From Mobula hypostoma (Eukaryota), in the NCBI RefSeq assembly GCF_963921235.1, contig NC_086097.1, positions 95,668,001 to 95,732,000 on the forward strand: a DNA stretch of 64,000 nt, written 5' to 3'. Position numbers and translations under genes: made by a program. The notes beneath the pieces are model-generated. The model saw only the letters and a list, made by a program, of their open reading frames with translations, was not told where the DNA came from and ran no database searches. Of the stretch, positions 1 to 11,169 are shown in pieces. Numbering within the stretch: the stretch's first letter is position 1; every line of letters begins with the position of its first letter.

Positions 1-417
1 CTCTTGTATCTGGTGAATTTTTACATCACAGCTTCAAATTGGCATGAACTCCACTCAGTGACAACGTCTCCTCTCGGGGTTCTGTCCCCACCCCTTACTT
101 TGCTATGTGTGCACAGCATAGTGACACTTGAAAATGCAGACAAAAAAATAACCAGTAAACTTTAGTACCACAGCCAGTTTCAAGTTATTGATCACATTTG
201 TTACAGGATATTCCAAGGTTGCTATTGACTAGTCAGAGCTGGCCTTACAAGGAAGCTGTATGTTTGTCACCAAACAATGAGTTCTGTCTCTTACAAATTC
301 CAAAGGCTGTCTCCTGCAGATCCCCTGCACATTTTCACTTTTGTTAGAATTGGGACTCAATCCTCTCCGAACTTCCACTCCCACTTCACATCAACAGGCC
401 CTGGACCCCTAAACACT

Positions 418-575
418 TCAATCCTCAACACTTGCAAAACTTGGCTGGGCAGAAGTCATCTCCTACTCTGCACTGCCTACACCATCAATTCCAGGCTAAG
501 CCTGGATTTCAATGAGCCAAGGTGCGCAGCAGCAAGGCAAAGACGACTGAGAGAGCAGTCGTGTAGTTATACGTC
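418..575 (-). pseudogene. mta1: Probable degenerate last coding exon of MTA1 (RITTRLLSQSS...PW...QPSFASVED*)
   Basis: Acceptor ttttctttgcaag; RI..RLLS resembles KIRKLLS; ends VED-TGA like the MTA1 terminus IED*, at about the expected length. Frameshift near the start and two internal TAG stops. Similarity is weak. Confidence 0.55.
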
Positions 576-772
576 CTTGCAAAGAAAACTCAGGTGTGAC
601 GATACATCCATAGACCAGGTATTTACACATTTGCATTAGATTTTTAATCAATGAGCAGGCTCAGGCTTTTTTTTTTGAGGGGGGGAATGGAATAATGATG
701 TTGGGTTCTCAAGTGAGGCATCAAGAATCATTGTTGATCAGCTAAGGGGTTAGAAACCTTCAACAAACTTAC

Positions 773-909
773 CTGGTTTCATCGGTTGGCATGAAAAAGA
801 CATTACCGGGGCACTAGCACTGATCCTGTTCAGCTACCTACACTCTACTGCTCGTGGAGCTCTGATACTGGTTATATCTCCCACTGACCACAAAGTTTCA
901 AGCAGGTCC
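773..909 (-). pseudogene. mta1: Degenerate penultimate MTA1 exon (GPA*NFVVSGR...PGNVFFMPTDET/R); only GPA + TGA (898-909) could still be coding
   Basis: Acceptor cctcctgcag|GGA and donor AG|gtaagt intact, phase 0-2. Ends resemble MTA1 GPSRNLLLNGK and PDDVFYMATEETR. In-frame stops at codons 4 (TGA), 24 and 32 (TAG); LNRISA (cf. MNWIDA) lies in a shifted frame. Confidence 0.82.
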
Positions 910-1514
910 CTGCAGGAGGTCAGAGGACAATAATCTGGGTAACTGGGGGAAAAATAAGTAAGATGGCCTCTAATAGAGTTCCAGTCTGCTAGTCGGAAAC
1001 ACTGCACCCTCAAACGTTGTTAGGTGATAAGAACTGGTCAGACCATGGTTTCAAATCCAAGCCATGCACTGGGTTAACGTGTTGGAATAAGTACAGTATT
1101 CAGAAAGCCAGCCCTCCAGTAGGAAAGTCCAGGACAGACATTCTATAATTCCTTATACAACCCCTCTCTATCTCCCCTCCTCCCAACGCCACTCAGTGTG
1201 AAAAGAGATTTGTTGTTCAATTCTGTTTAGAAACCATAGAAACCATCGAAACTACAGCACAGAAACAGGCCTTTTGGCCCTTCTTGGCTGTGCCGAACCA
1301 TTTTCTGCCTAGTCCCACTGACCTGCACACGGACCATATCCCTCCATACACCTCCCATCCATGTATCTGTCCAATTTATTCTTAAATGTTAAAAAAGAAC
1401 CCGCATTTACCACCTCATCTGGCAGCTCATTCCATACTCCCACCACTCTCTGTGTGAAGAAGCCCCCCCCTAATGTTCCCTTTAATCTTTCACCCCTCAC
1501 CCTTAACCCATGTC

Positions 1515-2254
1515 AACAACAGGAATTCTGCAGATGCTGGAAATTCAAGCAACATACATCAAAGTTGCTGGTGAACGCAGCAGGCCAGGCGGCATCTCTA
1601 GGAAGAGGTGCAGTCGACGTTTCAGGCCGAGACCCTTCGTCAGGACTAACTGAAGGAAGAGTGAGTAAGGGATTTGAAAGCTGGAGGGGGAGGGGGAGGG
1701 GGAGATGCAAAATGATAGGAGAAGACAGGAGGGGGAGGGATAGAGCCGAGAGCTGGACAGGTGATAGGCAAAAGGGGATACGAGAGGATCATGGGACAGG
1801 AGGTCCGGGAAGAAAGACAAGGGGGGGGGTGACCCAGAGGATGGGCAAGAGCTATATTCAGAGGGACAGAGGGAGAAAAAGGAGAGTGAAAGAAAGAATG
1901 TGTGCATAAAAATGAGTAACAGCTGGGGTACGAGGGGGAGGTGGGGCCTAGCGGAAGTTAGAGAAGTCAATGTTCATGCCATCAGGTTGGAGGCTACCCA
2001 GACGGAATATAAGGTGTTGTTCCTCCAACCTGAGTGTGGCTTCATCTTTACAGTAGAGGAGGCCGTGGATAGACATGTCAGAATGGGAATGGGATGTGGA
2101 ATTAAAATGTGTGGCCACTGGGAGATCCTGCTTTCTCTGGCGGACAGAGCGTAGATGTTCAGCAAAGCGGTCTCCCAGTCTGCGTCGGGTCTCACCAATA
2201 TATAAAAGGCCACATCGGGAGCACCGGACGCAGTATATCACCCCAGTCGACTCA
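1515..2254 (-). mobile_element. Penelope-like element fragment (GIY-YIG endonuclease end plus terminal repeat region) inserted into CR1
   Basis: ORF 1948-2241 IYCVRCSRCGLLYIGETRRRLGDRFAEH...LGSLQPDGMN; flanked by CATGTC at 1509-1514 and 2255-2260; CR1 is contiguous if it is removed. Confidence 0.9.
1611..1648 (-). ncRNA. Minimal type I hammerhead ribozyme motif of the Penelope-like element
   Basis: Minus strand TAGTC-CTGACGA-AGGGTCTCGGCCT-GAAA-C-GTC-GACTG: CUGANGA and GAAA core, short stem II, AGTC/GACT stem I, ACGT palindrome in place of stem III. Confidence 0.75.
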
Positions 2255-4104
2255 CATGTCCTCTGGTTTTTTTCTCCCCTTGCCTCAGTGGAAAAAGTCT
2301 GCTTGCATTCACTCTATCTATACCCATCATAATTTTATATACCTCTATCAAATCTCCCTTCATTCTTCTACGCTCCAGGGAATAAAGTCCTAACCTATTC
2401 AACCTTTCTCTGTAACTGAGTTTCTCATGTCCCAGCAACATCCTTGTAAACCTTCTCTGCACTCTTTCAACCTTATTTATATCCTTCCTGTAATTTGGTG
2501 ACCAAAACTGAACACAATACTCCAGATTCGGCCTCACCAATGCCTTATACAACTTCATCATAACATTCCAGCTCTTATACTCAATACTTTGATTAATAAA
2601 GGCCAATGTACCAAAAGCTCTCTTTACGACCCTATCTACCTGTGACGCCACTTTTAGGGAATTTTGTATCTGTATTCCCATATTCCTCTGTTCCACTGCA
2701 CTCCTCAGTGCCTTACCATTAACCCTGGATGTTCTACCTTGGTTTGTCCTTCCAATGTGCAATACCTCACACTTGTCTGTATTAAACTCCATCTGCCATT
2801 TTTCAGCCCATTTTTCCAGCTGGTCCAATTCCCTCTGCAGGCTCTGAAAACCTTCCTCACTGTCTACTACACCGCCAATCTTTGTATCATCAGCAAATTT
2901 GCTGATCCAATTTACCACATTATCATCCAGATCATTGATATAGATGACAAATAACAATAGACCCAGCACTGATCCCTGTGGCACACCACTACTCACAGGC
3001 CTCCACTCAGAGAAGCAATCCTCCACTACCACTCTCTGGCTTCTTCCATTGAGCCAATCTCTAATCTAATTTACCACCTCTCCATGTATACCTAGCGACT
3101 AAATTTTCCTAACTAACCTCCCATGCGGGACCTTGTCAAAGGCCTTACTGAAGTCCATGTAGACAATATCCACTGCCTTCCCTTCATCCACTTTCCTGGT
3201 AACCTCCTCGAAAAACTCCAATAGATTGGTCAAACATGACCTACCACGCACAAAGCCATGTTGACTCTCCCTAATAAGTCCCTGTCTATCCAAATGCTTG
3301 TAGATCCTGTGTCTTAGTACTCCCTCCAATAACTTACCTACTACCGACGTTAAACTTACCGGCCTATAATTTCCCGGATTACTTTTCAATCCTTTTTTAA
3401 ACAATGGAACAACATGAGCCTCTCTCCAATCCTCCGGCACCTCACCCGTAGACAGCGTCATTTTAAATATTTCTGCCAGGGCCCCCGCAATTTCAACACT
3501 AGTCTCCTTCAAGGTCCGAGGGAATACCCTGTCAGGTCCCAGGGATTTATCCACTTTAATTTTCCTTTCTTTGGTTAAAGCAGACTCCGGTTACAATTTC
3601 AACTGTACCAGAGTCTCAAATTCCAAATGGATCTTTTTTCACCCTTTGGGGTGGTATTCAGAGCAGAAACAGAGCACGGTACATTCATCACATTCCACCT
3701 AGATTCGCTCAAATTTCCTGACCTTATCTAGATTCTGCTGACATCCACAGTTTTTCTGAATATCATGGAATCCCTCTGAAATTCATTGTCCTTTATATAA
3801 TTCATCAGATTCAACTACAGTTTACCAACACCATACCACAGGGTGAAACCAGATGCTGTCTTAGGAAACGTGGGATAATTGTCATCCTTTCCTGTTACAA
3901 TATCTTTTATTTCTCAGAGTTACTTACACCAGCTTAGTCTACTGACGTCCGAATATCAGTTTTTTAAATTCTCCAAACCCTAAGCTGCCCAGTTTTGCTT
4001 CCCCATATTTGTACTGTGCTGAGGAAGAATTCTTTCTATCCCAAATCCTCCTCTATCTCATCCCTTCCCTGGAAACTCAGACATGTAGGTCTTACTGGGA
4101 AGAT

Positions 4105-6365
4105 CAGGAACCTCTTACCTCTTTCAGACATAGGCCCTTCAGCTCATGATGTGCCAAACTAATTAAACTAACCCCTTCTGCCTGCATGTGGTCCCTAACC
4201 CTCCATTCTCTGCACATACACGTACCCATCTCGTAGCCTCTCTTCCATCGGCATCCACCACCACCCAGGCACTCAGCAATCTCTGTGTAAAAAAACCTGC
4301 TCTGCACTTCCCTTTCAATTCGCTCTCTGGCATCTTAAGTGAAAGCCCTCTCAAATTACAAAATTTCAACACTGGGATAAAGATACCAGCTGTCTACTCT
4401 ACCTATGCCTCTCACAGCTTGAAAGAACCTTCACATCTCCCCTCAGCCTCCACCACTTCAGAGGGAACAGCCCAAGTGTGCCCAACCTGTTCTTCCACCC
4501 CACGCCCTCTCCTTCCACCCCACGCCCTGCCCTTCCACCCCACGCCCTGCCCTTCCATCCCACGCCCTGCCCTTCCACCCCACGCCCTCTCCTTCCACCC
4601 CACGCCCTGTCCTTCCACCCCACGCCCTCTCCTTCCACCCCACGCCCTGCCCTTCCACCCCACGCTCTCTCCTTCCACCCCACGCCCTGCCCTTCCACCC
4701 CACACCCTGCCCTTCCACCCCACGCCCTGCCCTTCCACCCCACGCCCTCTCCTTCCACCCCACGCCCTCTCCTTCCACCCCACGCCCTGCCCTTCCACCC
4801 CACGCCCTCTCCTTCCACCCCACGCCCTGCCCTTCCACCCCACGCCCTGCCCTTCCACCCCACGCCCTCTCCTTCCACCCCACGCCCTGCCCTTCCACCC
4901 CACGCCCTGCCCTTCCACCCCACGCCCTCTCCTTCCACCCCACGCCCTGCCCTTCCACCCTACGCCCTGCCCTTCCACCCCACGCACTGCCCTTCCACCC
5001 CACGCCCTCCTTCCACCCCACGCCCTGCCCTTCCACCCCACGCCCTGACCTTCCACCCCACGCCCTGCCCTTCCACCCCACGCCCTCTCCTTCCACCCCA
5101 CGCCCTCTCCTTCCACCCCACACCCTGCCCTTCCACCCCACGCCCTCTCCTTCCACCCCACGCCCTGCCCTTCCACCCCACGCCCTCTCCTTCCACCCCA
5201 CGCCCTGCCCTTCCACCCCACGCCCTCTCCTTCCACCCCACGCCCTGCCCTTCCACCCCACGCCCTCTCCTTCCACCCCACGCCCTGCCCTTCCACCCCA
5301 CTCCCTGCCCTTCCACCCCACGCCCTGCCCTTCCACCCCACGCCCTCTCCTTCCACCCCACGCCCTGCCCTTCCACCCCACACCCTCTCCTTCCACCCCA
5401 CGCCCTGCCCTTCCACCACACGCCCTCTCCTTCCACCCCACGCCCTGTCCTTCCACCCCACGCCCTCTCCTTCCACCCCACGCCCTGCCCTTCCACCCCA
5501 CGCCCTCTCCTTCCACCCCACGCCCTGCCCTTCCACCCCACGCCCTCTCCTTCCACCCCACGCCCTGCCCTTCCACCCCACGCCCTCTCCTTCCACCCCA
5601 CGCCCTGTCCTTCCACCCCACGCCCTCTCCTTCCACCCCACGCCCTGCCCTTCCACCCCACGCCCTCTCCTTCCACCCCACGCCCTCTCCTTCCACCCCA
5701 CGCCCTGCCCTTCCACCCCACGCCCTGCCCTTCCACCCCATGCCCTCTCCTTCCACCCCACGCCATCTCCTTCCACCCCACGCCCTGCCCTTCCACCCCA
5801 AGCCCTCTCCTTCCACCCCACGCCCTCTCCTTCCACCCGACGCCCTCTCCTTCCACCCCACACCTTCTCCTTCCACCCCACGCCCTGTCCTTCCACCCCA
5901 CGCCCTGCCCTTCCACCCCACGCCCTCTCCTTCCACCCCACGCCCTGCCCTTCCACCCCACGCCCTCTCCTTCCACCCCACGCCCTGCCCTTCCACCCCA
6001 CGCCCTCTCCTTCCACCCCACGCCCTCTGATCCAGACAGCATCCTAGTGAGCCTTTTCTGCACTTCCTCCAGGCCTGCACATCCTCCCCACAGCAAGGCA
6101 ACCAGAACTGAATGCAATACTCCAGATGGGGCCCAACCAGAGTTTTAAAACGCTACAACCTAACTTCCTGACTCAAGTGCCTCGACTACAAGTATGCCAG
6201 CTACCTTCTTTACTGCCATTTCAGCTTTCAGGGAGCTATGGACTTGGACAGCAAAATCCCTCTGATTTTCAGTGCTGTTAAGGGTTTTGCCTTTAACAGC
6301 ACAGTGGCCTTTTGCATTTGATCTCCTGAAAGGCAACATGCCTCACTTGCTGTTTCTCTGCCCAT
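4105..6365 (-). mobile_element. Old degenerate CR1 LINE 3' remnant, split by a 20-bp minisatellite
   Basis: Minus-strand peptides LEEVQKRLTRML (to ~6030) and RLGTLGLFPLKWWRLRGD, FFTQR (below 4490) resemble the CR1 ORF2 C-terminus. Confidence 0.7.
4488..6028. repeat. 20-bp minisatellite CCTTCCACCCCACGCCCT(GC/CT), about 77 copies
   Basis: Direct reading; 20-bp period with a two-state GC/CT variant and one 2-bp deletion near 5008. Confidence 0.98.
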
Positions 6366-7539
6366 ATGTGCAGAGAATTTATGTGTAGAGAGATCTATAT
6401 CCCTCTATACATTGGCAATGTTACACAATATCTACACTGATATATATACTGTCGCATTCATATACAGATGCAGACACTGCGTGCACCTCAGACGTGGGCA
6501 CCGTGTGCACCTCAGTCGTCAGGGTAGGAGATTGAATTGAATGAGTTGAGTTCTTCCCAACTGCAGCAGATAGTACAAGTGCCAGTTTTTTGTAGGGAAG
6601 GCTACCTACAAATTCAAATGTGAGTCAGATAAGCATTTCAATGATGAAGAATACAGACCAAGGTGAAGGGCTAAAGTAATGCTGAGCAAACATCCAACAA
6701 CATTCAGAAACTGTTAACTTTCTATCAAAGCTGTTGACAGAATTTATGTGCCGCCCCTTAGCTCCATTTGCTAAAGCTTTCTGGAGGGCCGGCTTTACGC
6801 TGTGCTGCACTTGGCCGCGAGGCTTTGCTGCGCTGGCAAGGTCACCTGGATCAGGTAAAGTTGGACAGGTAAATACAGGTACAGAGACAGTGTGTCAAAT
6901 GACCCCTGAAAGCCAGATCCCCTCCAACACCCGCCCCACCACACCAAGCAGTCGACTCTGGTAGCCCCACTATTGGAAGGATGTTTTTGGAGGGGGTACA
7001 GAAGAGGTTTACCAAGATTATAAGGAGAAGGAGAAGTGAACCAGTGAGGTGTGTGTCAGTGCTCGAGGACGACTCCTCCGCTGAAGGGCAGTGTTACAAC
7101 AGGCTCTCACCCTCCGGGGTCTGCAGCGCACCCAATGCATGCTAATGAACACGTAGGACTGTAAGGCCGTCATTCTAGCAGAGTGATAATGGATCCAGTA
7201 ATCAAAACCTGCAGGACGCGGGTGGATCGACGCCAGGAATACCGCGTCCGCTGTGAGCATCGGCAACCGTGGCGGACTGCTGCAGCCCACTTGAGAGACG
7301 ATGCAGCTGCCCCGGCTGCCAAGGTCAGTTTGTCTTACCCACTGAAGGTCAGCAGTTCACCTTCATCTCAGCACTTGGATCAACAAAGACAACCGTGGTT
7401 AGGCTCTGCGACTAACTTGTTTAACTCCGTCTACATTACACAACGAGTACAGCAACAAAATTGGACTAGAGCGTAAGTTTTATTTTGTGTTGTCAGAAAG
7501 CACATGATATAATTCTATTTTTAAATTCTATTTATCCAT

Positions 7540-7772
7540 ACGGCATGGCGACAGTCTCTTCAGGCCTAACTAGCCTGCGCCGCCCATTTACACCCAGGTG
7601 ACCGATTAACCTACTCACCCGAACATCTTTTGAATGTGGGAGGAAACCGGAGCACCCGGAGGAAACCCACACGGTCACAGGGAGAATGCAGGAACACCTT
7701 ACAGGCAGCAGTGGGAATTGAACCCAGGTCGTTGGCGCTGTATTAGTGGTCATTAACCACCATGCTGCCACC
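7540..7772 (-). mobile_element. tRNA-derived SINE (HE1/V-SINE-like)
   Basis: GGGAGGAAACCGGAGCACCCGGAGGAAACCCAC core; B-box-like GGGTTCAATTCCC on the minus strand; related copies at 42570 and 45835. Confidence 0.8.
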
Positions 7773-8614
7773 AACACTTCACAACAGGAAAAAGGGAGGT
7801 GCTGTTGACCCTTTGTTGAACTGTAAGTTGCCATCCTGATACTATCCTCTAAGCATTTGAGAGCAGAAGGACAGGGCTGACTACGCTGTGAGTTCTTCTT
7901 CCTCCTCATACTTCTCTTAATCACCATTCAGATGAGTTTTTCAGGGCTTCAAAGCAATGCAGGGTCAGTTGGCTTGGATAAGGTTCCAGAGGAATGACGT
8001 GTAGTGTTCCATGTGGCAGGTAACTCCTATTGTTGTCTTGGAGTCTGGGTTTCTGAGTCATGTGATGAAATTATCCTCAGAGGGCAACGGCCAGTCTTTG
8101 ACTTGTCTTGGAGGCACAAGCCAATTCTACTGCAGAACGCAGGGGTCCTGACTCCCTGGTAGAATCGCAGATGCCTGCTGCTTGTACTGGACCCATGTGG
8201 CTGGTGAAATTCAGATTCGGAGCTCACAGGCACATGGTCGATAGAGGTCTGGGGAAGCTCGCAGTACGTGCAAGTCCGTATGCTTCTGGGCTCACCTCCT
8301 CGACTCTGGCAAATGTAGTTATACAATATTGTTTGGACACAACATCTGGCTCTCCAGCATGTGACTTCTGTGTGCTACAAATATCAAATTGCTTTCATTG
8401 TGGCATGAATTGTAGTAGCGACCACAAGCAATGCGTTAAATAAGTGCACTACACCTGTACCATCAGAAGCTTGTAGTCTAGTAGGTTTAGACGTTATTCA
8501 TTTCAGAGTTTCCTCATTAACCTATATTAGGCAAATTCGAATGATTATCACACAACGTTAACAGACGTAACACAGTGCCCACTCCAAAGCCCACCCGGTG
8601 TCAAACACAATGTT

Positions 8615-8747
8615 CATAAACATGAGAAAGTCTGCAGATGTTGGAAAACTGAGCAACACACACAAAATGCTGGAGGAACTCAGCAGGTCAGGCAGCGCCT
8701 ACAGAGATGAATAGGTAGTTGGCGTTTTGGGCCGAGACTCTTCATCA
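8615..8747 (-). mobile_element. Short Penelope-like terminal fragment with decayed hammerhead motif
   Basis: TCTGCAGATG..AAATGCTGGAGGAACTCAGCAGGTCAGGCAGC..GGGCCGAGACTCTTCATCA parallels 1525-1645. Confidence 0.7.
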
Positions 8748-9544
8748 CACCATTTGTCGTGCTCGTAGAACTCCCTCAATTTCATACCAGCGTGCAAATA
8801 CTCACCCCACCCTCCTCAATCTCAGAATACATCTTACAACCCACCAAAGGTTACACCAACATACCAAACTTGGGAAATGGCCAGGGATGCGCCTCCAAGG
8901 ATAACCTTGTTTCCTGACAGATTTATGAAACCAAAGTGAAAACAAGCTCTTGGTGGAATTCAGCAGGTCAGGCAGCACCTTCATTTTACAAAGATAAACA
9001 CAGATACACACGGAGAAGCAAGTACATTTACGGGCATTCGTAAACAGAATGCTTTCGCTTCCAGATTGCCTGGAACCTTCCAGATGAAAAGAGTAATTTC
9101 CGATTTCAGACAGCCCAGTCTGTGACACATGCATGCAAAAAATTAGTTGCTGGCTTCAAACTATAGATAATTATATAATCTCACTGCAAGATTTTAGACT
9201 TCACTTTGTTTTTATCGGATGCAGCTGTAAATCATGAGAATTAATGGAAGAAATCAGCCCTTTGTCATTCATATCTTTTTTAAATAAACAGGGTTTTAAA
9301 CAAAAAAAAAAGCCACCTTGTTATTTGTGTGACGGTGGCCCTTTGTGGCAAAGATCCATCTCTTCCACCGTTTGTGATTTAATAACGTCTTTCACCTGAT
9401 ACAGGTTAGTTATCTTAGCCGAATAATAACTTAAAAAGGTATTACCAGGTGAAAGTCTACAGTTGATACAATGCCTCTTGGATTTGTCCAAATTCTGGCC
9501 CAGAAGTGCTACATGATCTAATTCATAGTTGATTCTTATTTAAA

Positions 9545-10452
9545 TCAATGATCTGGATCACAATGTGGTAAACTAGAACAATAAATTTGCGAATGACACC
9601 AAGATTGGGGGTGCAATGGACGGCGAGGAAGACTATCGAAGCTTGCAGCTGGATCTAGACCAGCTGGAAAGGTGGCAGATGGAATTTAATGCAGGCAAGT
9701 GTGAGGTGCTGCACTTTGGATGGACCAGATAGGGTAGACCTTACACAGTGAGTGGTGGGGCACAGTGAAGTGTGGTAGAATGGAGGAATCTATGAAAACA
9801 GAAATTCCTTGAAAACAGTGTCACAGGTAGATAGGGTCGTAAAGAAAGCTTTTGGCACATTGCCCTTCATAAATCAATGTACTGAGTACAGGAGTTAGGA
9901 TATTATGTTGAAATTGCATAAGATATTGGTGAGGTCTAATTTGGAGTACTGTGTCCATTTTTGGTCACCTATCTATGGAAAGATGTAAGTAAGATTGAAA
10001 GAGTGCAGAGAAAATTTTTGAGGGTGTTGCCAGGACTTGAGGATCTGAGTTGTAGGGGAAGGCTGAATAGGTTAGGAGTTGATTCCCTAGAACCTATCAG
10101 ATTGAGGGGAGATTTGATAGAGGTTGACAAAATTATGAGGGGTATAGACAGGATAAATGCAAGCAGGCTTTTTCCACTGAGGTTGGGTGGGACTACAACT
10201 AGAGGTCGTGTGTTAAGGGTGAAAGGGCGAGGGGAAACTTCTTTACTCAGACAGTGTGTAATGAGCTGTCAACGGAAGTGGTAAATGTGGGCTCGAATTC
10301 AACATTTAAGGGAAGTTTGGAGAAGGATATGGATGGGAGGGGCATGGAGGGCTATGGTCCCAACGCAGGTCGATGGGACTAGACAGATTAATGGCTTGGC
10401 ATGGACTTGATGGGCTGAAGGGCCTGTAACTGTGCTGCAGTATTCTGTGACT
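9545..10452 (+). mobile_element. Degenerate 5'-truncated CR1 LINE
   Basis: KFANDTKIGG and IERVQRKF..LPGLE..RLRGDLIEV peptides; colinear with the copy at 1228-3000; multiple stops and indels. Confidence 0.9.
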
Positions 10453-10574
10453 CCAACAGTTTCACACTGAATAAAATACTTTCCAAATGTAGTTACTGTC
10501 GCAATGTGCATCAAGTTCTCAAAGCGATGAAGTAAGTGGTGAGGTAACAAATCAATGGAGGTGCACACTGTTCT

Positions 10575-10760
10575 TTAATAGGTCATGGCATCTTTTCGAG
10601 CAAAGGCTCCAAACTGGCATATTAACCTCATCTGAAAGACAGTGTCTTTGGTATTCCACACACTGCACTGATGTAACAGCCTAAATATTTTTAGCTGGAC
10701 TGAAACCTTTGTCTTTATGACTCACTGGGAGTTCTCTACTGGGTCAGGCCTGATACCTAA
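10575..10760 (-). mobile_element. Decayed Deu-domain SINE-like fragment
   Basis: AACCTCATCTGAAAGACAGTG...ACTGCACTGATGTAACAGCCTA resembles the recalled DeuSINE core; a similar stretch lies at ~49240-49380. Confidence 0.45.
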
Positions 10761-11169
10761 AAGGTAACTGGGTTAAGGGAACAGAATGAGGAAGCAGAAA
10801 CAAGTGACAACGCCCTAAAAATAGAAATTTCCCCTTTCACAGAGACCAAAGCAAAACCAAATGAATAAAAATCATAACACACAGCAAGAGGCGGACAAGA
10901 TCTCAAGCTGGGGCTGAGAATGCGATGTGGCATGTCAAGTGTGAGGCAGTGATCACGTCCAGCAGGGAAAATCTAACCATCTCCCACTGGCATTCAATAG
11001 GGCTGCCACCATCAACAAACTTCTTCGTTGGAGAGGGGAAGGCCACCATTAATCAGATATTTAACAGGATCAGCCTCATGGTTTTTAGTACGGATCATTG
11101 TCTTAGGTATTCTACATTCAATGGCTCATCTCCTGATTTCCCAAATCCATCCCATCATCTGCAAATCAG

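Larger units (their letters stand above)
1228..3566 (-). mobile_element. 5'-truncated CR1 LINE (RT domain to 3' tail), interrupted at 1515-2254
   Basis: ORFs 3099-3554 and 2238-3032 carry PGNYRPVSLTS, DFSKAFDKVPH, GVPQGSVLG, YINDL, FADDTK; stops between the ORFs; short tandem (tagaaacca) tail at ~1228-1252. Confidence 0.93.

Noticed and set aside
898..900. Selenocysteine or readthrough at the in-frame TGA
   Set aside because: Two further TAG stops and frameshifts follow in the same exon; CGA>TGA decay at a conserved Arg is simpler.
4188..6148. Pro/His-rich and Gly/Arg/Trp-rich ORFs of 180-556 aa
   Set aside because: Artefacts of the 20-bp minisatellite, open on both strands.
7018..7476. GC-rich ORFs with a DAVFLAS motif as an alternative MTA R2 exon
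   Set aside because: Similarity limited to a few residues, no fitting splice sites; the better homolog is at 773-909.
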